Assembly: GCF_004010195.1 (NCBI RefSeq)
Contig: NC_057753.1
Span: 9,261,698 to 9,312,631, forward strand
DNA from: Chiloscyllium plagiosum
Taxonomy: Eukaryota
Reading direction: 5' to 3'
Length of the DNA: 50,934 bases
Shown here: positions 41,571 through 50,934 of the stretch, piece after piece
How the letters are laid out: every line of letters begins with the position of its first letter
Numbering within the stretch: the stretch's first letter is position 1
Translations under genes and position numbers: made by a program
The notes under the pieces: model-generated
What the model was told of the DNA's origin: nothing
What the model saw: only the letters and a program-made list of their open reading frames with translations
Database searches by the model: none

Positions 41571-42120
41571 GTTAACAGATCTACTGATTCCCTGTATTTT
41601 AGTTTGGCCTGTAGGACATCAATCCTGAGTGATTGATTCTAAAACTGATTCTTCTATTCAGCTGAACTCTAGCACCTCCCATTATCTTTGTGGGATAACT
41701 TCTTGGTCTCTTCAGATAAGCCTGAGATATTGACTCTGTGTAACTGCTCTCTACCGACTGCTGTGGGCATTTTCACAACTTGCCTAAGCTGTTCTGTAAC
41801 CTCTTAGTGTACGAAGCAAAACAGCACTGTTACATGAAAAAAGGATGAACTCAGATAGGAGACCCATGGCTTTCTAGTTCATGCTGGGGGATTTTGCATC
41901 CATCTTTTGTGCTTTCATCACCTTATTTGGTGTTGCTTTTCTGTATTTTTTGGCTTGAACTTCATTTTAGGGTTTGTTTTGTTGGTTCCACACTTTACCC
42001 TTGAATGCAGCCTGCTTGTTTGCTTATTTCAATTTAGGTCTGCTTTCTCCAGACATAGCCTGTCCTTTATGCATTAAAGTGCAGAGAGCCTCTGGTCATG
42101 TTATGACATCTGGGTACTTG

Positions 42121-42212
42121 CCGAGAGTGTGATGCTGGAAAAGCACAGCCGGTCAGGCAGCATCTGAGGACCAGGAGAATCCACGTTTCGGGCATAAGCT
42201 CTTCATCAGGAA
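42121..42212 (-). mobile_element. 92-bp Penelope-type element (family 1) with hammerhead core and 10-bp target-site duplication
   Basis: TGGGTACTTG at 42111-42120 and 42213-42222; minus strand CTGATGAAGAGCTTATGCCCGAAAC. Confidence 0.88.
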
Positions 42213-42254
42213 TGGGTACTTGGCTTACTTGCATGTTTGACTCTTAAAAGAACA

Positions 42255-42490
42255 GAGAGTCAGAGCGACATGCAGCACAGAAACAGACCCTTCAGTCCAA
42301 CTTGTCCATGCTGACTAATCTAGTCCCATTTGCCAGCACTTGGCCCATATCCCTCCAAACCCTTCCTATTCATATACCCATCCAAATGCCTTTTAAATGC
42401 AGTAATTGTACCAGCCTCCACCACTTCCTCTGGCAGCTTATTTCATACACGTACCACCCTCTGTGTGAAAAAGTTGCCCCTTAGGTCCCT
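42255..42490 (-). mobile_element. CR1 LINE 3' end
   Basis: Close match to 14222-14484 and 49590. Confidence 0.9.
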
Positions 42491-43129
42491 CACTCCAAAA
42501 CTGATGCCAGAGTGAGAGAAACTCTCAATCTGCACATGGGCAAGACCCACCTTTCAAAATTCCAGGTGAAACTTTGCATTCAGAAGCTGATTTTCAACAA
42601 TTATGAATGAACCATTGGGGCTTATATTGTCCCATTCATATCCTTATTGAACTGTACAAGGCCAGAGTACAACACATAGGACATGCATTGCTGCATGATC
42701 TCACTCAGCAGTAGGTGGTAAAATAACAGCACTACAGTTAGGCTGTTTCTTTCTTCTTTCCCCCACACTGCCCCCAAACAGTGGTAGTGCTTATTCTTCC
42801 CTGCATATGTGTGCAGGTGTCGGACATAGTGAAGAACAGCAAGTGTGTAAATCTTTATTTATATTCCACCACCAGGAAGAAAGGAAATACCTTAGTAACC
42901 AGTGACAAGCAGTGCCCTTCTCAACAAAGGGAGTTTAGGCTTATTTTTTTAAATTTTTTTTGTGCTTTCTCCTGATTATATATTTAGTTTAGGCTTATAA
43001 ACTACCCAGCCCATTTGCTGAACATTAAACAAGTTAAATGAGCCTGAAATGTGTATTTGCAGTAACTACAGCTTAGCACACTCAGAGTCAGAAGTTGCAC
43101 TGGTTCTTCTGTAACAACATGGAACCACC

Positions 43130-43430
43130 CCTTTCTTTGTGGGATGTGAGCACTTGAGTTAAGCAGCTGTCTTGACCACTTAAGAGGGCAATTAAGAGTC
43201 AACCACCGTTGCTTTGGGTCTGGAGTCACATGTAAGTCAAACTGGATAAGGATGGCGTTTCCTTCCCTGTAGGACACTACAGAACCAGATGGGTTAGCAG
43301 CAACTGATGACACTTGGCTTGGTCACCATCACCGAAAGACTTTATGAATTGAAATTAAATTTCCCCAGCTGCCGCAGTGGGATTTGAACCCATGACCCCA
43401 CAACGGTATCAATGTGACCAATACGCCACC
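43130..43430 (-). mobile_element. Deu-domain SINE
   Basis: TTAAGAGTCAACCAC..GGGTCTGGAGTCACATGTA is the reverse complement of the core at 5050. Confidence 0.82.
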
Positions 43431-43472
43431 AATACAACTACATCAGTAGCATACTACTGATGTAGTTGTATT
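43431..43472. repeat. Perfect 19-bp inverted repeat with 4-nt spacer
   Basis: AATACAACTACATCAGTAG-CATA-CTACTGATGTAGTTGTATT. Confidence 0.95.
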
Positions 43473-43474
43473 CT

Positions 43475-43785
43475 AACATGGAAGCATAGCAAAAAGGTGC
43501 AGGAGTGAGCCCTGCCATTCGATGTGACCATGACTGATCATCCAACTCAGTCCCCTACTCCTGCTTCTTCCCCATACCCTTTGATCCCTTTAGCCTTAAG
43601 GACTATATCAAACTCCTTGGAAACATTCAATGTTTTGGTGTGAACTGCTTTCCGTGGCAGAGACTTCCACAGGCTCTCCCCACTCTCTGGGTGAAGACAT
43701 TTGTCCTCAGCTCAGTCCGAAATGGCCTGACACCGTGACCCCCCTAGTTCTGGACTCCCTGGTCATCAGGAACATCCTCCTTACC
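43475..43785 (-). mobile_element. CR1 LINE 3' end
   Basis: GCCATTCGATGTGACCATGACTGATC and CCCCTAGTTCTGGACTCCC motifs. Confidence 0.75.
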
Positions 43786-44705
43786 CGGATGCTCTTGTCT
43801 CTGCTGACTGGGTGGAATACAGCTGCAACACTTAACATTTTCAAAGCTATTTTTCATGAACACATTCGGGTAGTCCACGAGTTTTCAAAGAGTTCCAATC
43901 TTCATGAAACCAAGGGAAAGTTCTCTGTTGTAATGTACTGTTAGACCTCATGACCCTTTTTTACAACTCCCTCCGTTCTCACGGGTGGTGGGACTGTGTC
44001 AACTCACCGTGTCCCTGTGGGGTGCAGCCTCAGACATTCAACAGCAAGTGGCCAGAACCCGAGCCTAATGTCCATTCAGTAAAGCAGCTTATAATCCCAA
44101 CTCCTGTACTTCATCCAGCCATTGAGCTGTTGGCGAGATTCTGTGCTGCAGTGTGTACAAAGTGGCGCAACCCATTGGGGAAACTCTGAGAATTTGCTGG
44201 CCCTCCAACTCTGCAAGCCATAGAGATAACACGAATCCCCCTTGTCACATGTAGACAGATAGCATTTATCAATGCTTTTTTTCCAAATGTTTGTTTGACG
44301 ATTTTGAGGTGGATTTGCAGACAGAGCAGTCCTACGCGAGGATACAAAGACTCATTATTGCTATTTCTTTGCATTTCACAGCTCACGCCTGTATTTTTGA
44401 TGGTATCAGCCACAGGTTTGCGCTGCCACACAGCGTTCAGCAATCAATGACATGCAGTTGGTCCGCACACCACTAGATGGTGCCATCTGCACAGGGCTCT
44501 GTTTCCAGAACCTCTCCCTCCCACTGACCAGGAAATGAAAAATGCTGGGGAGCAGTGACATTGTCCCCTGCTGCATGGTGTTGCAATGCTGCAGGCAGGA
44601 GTCATGCTGCCATCAGTTTTGGAATGACCCATGTGTTTCTTCTGGTTCTTTCCACTGCCAAGGAGAAGTTGCAACCTGCATTCCCAAAGAAGAACACAAC
44701 TGAAG

Positions 44706-44891
44706 AGTTAAAAATCACACAACGCCAGGTTATAGGCAACAGGTTTATTTGGCAGCTTTTCAGAGTGCTGCTCCTTCATCAGGTAGCCTGTGGAGTATTC
44801 CACAACCACCTGATGAAGGAGCAGTGCTCCAAAAGCTAGTGTTTCCAAATAAACCTGTTGCCTATAACCTGGCGTTGTGTGATTTTTAACT
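44706..44891. mobile_element. Palindromic Penelope-type element (family 2) with two hammerhead cores
   Basis: Perfect 47-bp arms 44706-44752 / 44845-44891; CTGATGAAGGAGCAG on both strands. Confidence 0.9.
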
Positions 44892-44944
44892 TAAGAGGAG
44901 TGTTTGATTGCTTGGTCACCCCTAAGTATCACAATAACTGGATA

Positions 44945-45482
44945 AATACTCATGGCAGAGAAATGCAGTGGTTTTTGTCGAGGTTCACCCCAAGCAGCTC
45001 CATGACGCAGGATTCTGTCCTCTACGGTCTGTTCCCTGGATTGCACACCAAGACAAACATAGACTGCGCCTGGAGGACCATTAATTCAGTGAAAGATGCT
45101 CTTTGGTCTGCTTAAAACTTGTTGATCTTCCAGAGCAAAGGGTTGACCCTGACTGAGTGTTGCAGACTGGCACATCCCAAGGTCCAGGACTACGGGCTGA
45201 GGGACGCGCTGAAGCTTGGGGCAACTGTAGCCAAGTCACAGTGGGGAAAGACCCCAGTGTAAAGTCTTTCTGCTGAAGGTTAAATGGGGGTCCATTCAGC
45301 TTTCAGCCTCTCTTGGTTCCTCAATGTATGTAAAGATAGCCCTGAATAAGTAAGATACACCTTGGGTTTTTATTTGGAACTGCAGGGAATGTCAGATTCC
45401 AATGTTTACAGAACTGCTTCAGCAAACCTGTATGCAGATGAAGATGTTTTTATGAATAACAAATATTTTTGCAATTTTAAAA
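44945..45482 (+). mobile_element. Tx1/L1-like LINE 3' end
   Basis: LYGLFPG..NIDCAWRTINSVKDALWSA*NLLIFQ resembles a Tx1-type ORF2 C-terminus; A-rich end. Confidence 0.7.
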
Positions 45483-45660
45483 AATTGCTTGTGGTGGTGA
45501 GAGGTTTGGGCTTTAGTATTCTAACTCGAAAAGTTCATAACGACTCAATGAACAGCAGGACCCTGGGAAGCTCAGGGGAACAGGGCAATCCTGAGGGATT
45601 TGTCCATAGATCCCTGAAGGTGGCAGGACAGGGTGGTTAAGGTGGCATACAGGAGACGTG

Positions 45661-46160
45661 NNNNNNNNNNNNNNNNNNNNNNNNNNNNNNNNNNNNNNNN
45701 NNNNNNNNNNNNNNNNNNNNNNNNNNNNNNNNNNNNNNNNNNNNNNNNNNNNNNNNNNNNNNNNNNNNNNNNNNNNNNNNNNNNNNNNNNNNNNNNNNNN
45801 NNNNNNNNNNNNNNNNNNNNNNNNNNNNNNNNNNNNNNNNNNNNNNNNNNNNNNNNNNNNNNNNNNNNNNNNNNNNNNNNNNNNNNNNNNNNNNNNNNNN
45901 NNNNNNNNNNNNNNNNNNNNNNNNNNNNNNNNNNNNNNNNNNNNNNNNNNNNNNNNNNNNNNNNNNNNNNNNNNNNNNNNNNNNNNNNNNNNNNNNNNNN
46001 NNNNNNNNNNNNNNNNNNNNNNNNNNNNNNNNNNNNNNNNNNNNNNNNNNNNNNNNNNNNNNNNNNNNNNNNNNNNNNNNNNNNNNNNNNNNNNNNNNNN
46101 NNNNNNNNNNNNNNNNNNNNNNNNNNNNNNNNNNNNNNNNNNNNNNNNNNNNNNNNNNNN
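45661..46160. other. Assembly gap, exactly 500 N
   Basis: Run of N. Confidence 1.
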
Positions 46161-46649
46161 GTGGAGTTTGCCACCTCCTGTACTGTTCCAGAACCTCACC
46201 ACTTCAGAGGAGATGTTAGCACCTACCTGTGAAGAGGAATGGAACCATCGATAGTCAGGATGTTGCATTGTGTGAAGGAACAGGACATTCATCCGATAAC
46301 TGTTTTCCAATTAGCATCCTTGTAACTAGATTACTCCATTTCCAGATACATTGTATATTCCCCATTTCTTAATCAGCCTTATTGTACAGCATTATTATAA
46401 AAACTGATCTCATCCTCAGCTCTTGGAAGAGAAATTCTGATCTACCTATAAGACTGTCAGTTCTTTGTCAGCCTAGTCAGTTTCTCTTCCAGCGATATCA
46501 CTTGTAATAAACTGTTTGTCAATTTCACTTTGTGATCTCTAACTTATTGGGCAAATTTCTCCGACATGCTATAACAGGGCAAAAAAAACTGTACTCAGTA
46601 CTCTGAAAGTGGTCTTACCAACATGATGTCCCAACTCCTATACACAACG

Positions 46650-46837
46650 NNNNNNNNNNNNNNNNNNNNNNNNNNNNNNNNNNNNNNNNNNNNNNNNNNN
46701 NNNNNNNNNNNNNNNNNNNNNNNNNNNNNNNNNNNNNNNNNNNNNNNNNNNNNNNNNNNNNNNNNNNNNNNNNNNNNNNNNNNNNNNNNNNNNNNNNNNN
46801 NNNNNNNNNNNNNNNNNNNNNNNNNNNNNNNNNNNNN
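46650..46837. other. Assembly gap, 188 N
   Basis: Run of N. Confidence 1.
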
Positions 46838-47282
46838 TGCAGGCAGTTGATACATGTAATATTTGTAAATTCCTACTTTGGAAATAGAACCAGTCTGATT
46901 CAAGATTGGGATACAGACAGACTCAAACCTCACACATTTCATTATTGTCTGAACTGAGATGTAACCTATTTATACAAAACCTTAAGTCATCTCGAGGATC
47001 TGACTTCAAAGACTTTCTGGGATTTACACATTAATGAACTAAAACTTGCAACCTGTTCAAAAAGACAAAAGACTTAATAACAATCGAGGTTTGTTCAATA
47101 TATCTGATCAGTAGCACTATACTGTGATCTTTTGCTATAAATTCTGTCTTATGATCCTGCTCCACAGCTTTCCGATGAAGGAGCAGCGCTTCGAAAGCTA
47201 GTGGTTCCAAATAAACCACTATAACCTGATGTGTGATTTTTAAACTTGATCCAACCCAGTCCATCTCCGGCTCCTCCACATT
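46838..47282 (+). mobile_element. Longer copy of the family-2 terminal repeat with hammerhead-like core
   Basis: CCGATGAAGGAGCAGCGCTTCGAAAGCTAGTG near 47172-47203, then the same tail as 44845 and 29600; 5' extent uncertain. Confidence 0.7.
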
Positions 47283-47789
47283 GTTTCTAGTGAAGGCAGC
47301 CCAGCCCTCCCGGTACTGCCAGTAAACTTTACAATGCTGATGAAATGACGCAGTACCTGCACTCATGAAAAATTTACAATTTCTAACGATACTAGCAACT
47401 CATTCACCGCTCCACGACATTGGAAACTTAGTGCAGGAGGCTGAAAGAAATGAGCAGCTTTAAAACAAAAACCTCTTGGAGCTCAAAGCTTTCAATGAAA
47501 GTCTGAGCCCGGCGGTAAGTTCAGCTAACCTTTATCGAGACCCAACTTTATTACAGCTTCTGATCCCCCCCAGCAAAAAGATGTAGAAAAAGTAGTTTAT
47601 TTTTTAAAAACAGCTCAAGGTCAAAGCGTACACAGTCCCCCCCACCCCCCAACCTTCTTTACTATTAGTCAGCACCGAGTTATCCCTTTGTAATTGGATC
47701 CTTGGTACAGTTTTAACCCATAGGAAGTATTGCCTCACTCAGCAATTTCAACCCATACCCTGCATCCAAGTAAGTTTCTCCCTGTTCAT

Positions 47790-48081
47790 TTCCACGGGTG
47801 GGGGAGTCAACCACACTGCTATGGGTCTGGAGTCACATGTAGGCCACCCGGGTAAAGGATGCAGCTGGGACGACTGGGTGAATCCTTTCCCGCAAAGGCA
47901 GTTTCCTTTCCTAAAAAGCACGAGTGATTCAGATGGGGGATCTCACGCCCCCGTCCCCAAAAATGGTTTCATCGTTAGATTCCGAAGTCCAGACTTCTGA
48001 CCGAATTCCAATTCCGCCATCTGCCACGACGGGATTCAAACTCAGGGTTCCAGTCGATAATGGGATTCTGCCATTGCTCCT

Positions 48082-48098
<17 letters not shown>
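47790..48098 (-). mobile_element. Deu-domain SINE abutting the last zinc finger
   Basis: GTCAACCACACTGCTATGGGTCTGGAGTCACATGTAGGCC core; head CCATCTGCCACGACGGGATTCAAAC. Confidence 0.8.
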
Positions 48099-48779
<681 letters not shown>

Positions 48780-48954
48780 CTATTTCTGGCTCCACACTCA
48801 GTGCACTGCTACAGTACGGTCTCTCATCCAGTCCCACTGATGCTGAAAACATACAGAAACAGGAACCAAAAAGCTTTGCTCCTTCTCACAGAATCACAGT
48901 CAAAAATTGTTGCCTTCCCAATAGATTGACTGACTGTCAGACGTTGACATCAAA

Positions 48955-49073
48955 GTGAGAACTGCAGACACTGGATACTCAAGTGTCGAAAAGTGCAGTG
49001 CTGGAAAAGCGCAGCAGGTCAGGCAGCATCTGAAGAGCAGGAGAGTGGATGTTTCAAGCATAAGCCCTTCATC
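48955..49073 (-). mobile_element. Penelope-type terminal-repeat fragment (family 1), same site as 10245
   Basis: Minus strand CAGATGAAGGGCTTATGCTTGAAAC; flanks match those of copy 1. Confidence 0.82.
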
Positions 49074-49574
49074 TGTTGATTTTGAAACTTCCATCTTCAG
49101 ATCTTCAAATAATCTGTAAAAAGAGATTACAAAGGTCATCACTGTCAGTTCAGCGTAGAAATTCAGAACAAGCAACTCTACATTTTGCAGAATGTTCTTT
49201 TCTTTTGTTATTCCATAAAATTGAAAAGCATTCTCTCTCTTTCTCCCCGTCTGTTCTCACTCTGCTCTAATTCTCCTGAAGGTGCTGATTCAGGATCTTA
49301 CAGGGACAGAAAAGCAAAAAGATCAAGACTGACATCTCTCTGAATTTTGGATAACTCCACCTGAAAGTTAATGTCTTTCCCAACATTGGAATACTGCTGA
49401 GACTGAACAGGTCTGATTTTGGGAAGCAAAAACTATGTCAATTCAGGGTGAACCTGCAATGCAACTTCTTGACGAACAATGAGACACGAAATGGTTAACG
49501 TCCCCTGGAAGGGGGAGCAAACGAGACATTAAGGTATTGACACCGACACCAGAGAGAAAGTGAACTAGCCGACC

Positions 49575-50066
49575 AGGTATACAGAAACAATCTAAGCCCG
49601 TTTGCCAGCACTTGGCCTATATTCCTTTAACCCCATCCTATTCATATACCCATCCAGATGCCTTTTAAATGTTGTGATTGCACCAGCCTCCACCACTTCC
49701 TCTAACAGCTCGTTCCTTACACACACCGCCCTCTGAATGAAAAAGTTGCCCCTTACGTCCCTTTTAAACCTTCCCTTCCCCTCCCCACCTGCCCACCCTG
49801 AACCTATTACCCTTACATTCTGGAGTATCCCATCTCAAGGAAAAGACCTTGACTATTTATCCTATCCATGCCTCTCATGATTTTATCAACTTCAGCCTCC
49901 AGCGCGCAAGGGGAAACAGCATGAGTCTGCTCGGCCTCTCCCTATCACTCAAACTCCCCAACTCTGGCAACATCCTTGTAAATCTTTTCTGAACCTTTTC
50001 AAGTTTCACTACATCCTTCTGATAGGAGGGAGACCAGAACTGCACAGAACATTACAAATGTGGCTA
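49575..50066 (-). mobile_element. CR1 LINE 3' end
   Basis: CCAGCACTTGGCC..CCTATTCATATACCCATCCAGATGCCTTTTAAATG shared with 10820 and 42330. Confidence 0.9.
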
Positions 50067-50199
50067 TGGTTCTGCTGAACAATGGCAACTTAATTCCAAA
50101 ATATTAATTTCTTCATGAGAAGGGAATAATTGGCAATGTAGCTGTAACAGGCCTCTTGCGGAAGAGTGAAGAACTGACAGAGAGAGCTTTGCATTAAAA

Positions 50200-50810
50200 T
50201 GGAGAGGAACAGAGGTGATTCTGAGACTGGGGACTTAAATCTAAAGCAAGGAAATTACAACGGCAGAGGTAAGAACAGGCTGCAACAAATGAGGGAACAT
50301 TATTGAAAGAATTGACAAACATTTAAATAGCACCTGGAGGAATTGCAACAGTTGTTCCATCCTGTCTGAAAAATAAAACACACAAGGTGGCCCAGCCACC
50401 GCTAACAAGGGACATTGTGGATTGTACTGGATCCAAAGAATTTGCGTACAAATTGGCTAAAAAAAAAAGCAGCAGATCTGAAGACTGGGAGCAGTTCAGG
50501 TTTCAACAAAAGGATTGATGAAAAGGGGAAAATGGGGTATGTGAAGAGAAATAAAAGGATTAGAGAAAACAATAACAATTAGAACAGACAAAAATCTCAT
50601 GTGGAACAAAGAGATGGCAGACCAATTAACCACATATGTTGCTTCTCTCATCACAAGTAACTTCCCCAAAATGTTGGGGAACACATGGTCCATTGAGAGC
50701 AGAACTGAAGGAAATGAGTAGTTGTGGGGAAATGGTGTTGAGGAAATTGATGGATTAAAAGTTGACAAATCCCCAGGACCTCATAATCCACACCCCAGAC
50801 TATGGCCCGA
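50200..50810 (+). mobile_element. Decayed CR1 ORF2 fragment
   Basis: GLKVDKSPGPHNPHPR matches the LINE KSPGPDG.HPR motif. Confidence 0.75.
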
Positions 50811-50934
50811 GGTCATGCAATTGGCAAATCTTGGGCTGATCTTAGCAGGGCTAATAGATTTAATGGTAAGGTCCCAGGGAGTGTTGATGAACAAAGTGAC
50901 TTTGGAGTGCAGGTTCCTAGCTCCTTGAAAGTAG

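Noticed and set aside
43945..44700. Possible coding or transposon remnant with several short ORFs
   Set aside because: No motif or splice pattern I could assign; left unclassified.

Overview
Vertebrate nuclear DNA, most likely a shark or other elasmobranch (inferred from V-domain HE1-type SINEs, Deu-domain SINEs, CR1 LINEs and KRAB-less C2H2 zinc-finger genes). The central contig (14985-45660), bounded by two 500-N gaps, carries the last five coding exons of R3HDM2 on the + strand; they splice in phase through GT-AG introns to the stop at 35176. Each flanking contig holds a decayed minus-strand C2H2 zinc-finger gene; the two share upstream sequence and insertions. Most of the rest is retroelement debris (CR1, L2, Tx1-like, Gypsy, Penelope-like, SINEs), and most short ORFs in the track are noise. 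Most interesting: (1) three families of short, often palindromic Penelope-type repeats carrying minimal hammerhead-ribozyme cores; (2) a phased cluster of T-box-like sites that also forms a hairpin in a repeat-poor intron; (3) two apparent templated insertions, one a zinc-finger snippet inside a SINE. I cannot demonstrate a wholly new system from sequence alone. Repeat boundaries are approximate and family names come from recall, not from a database search.
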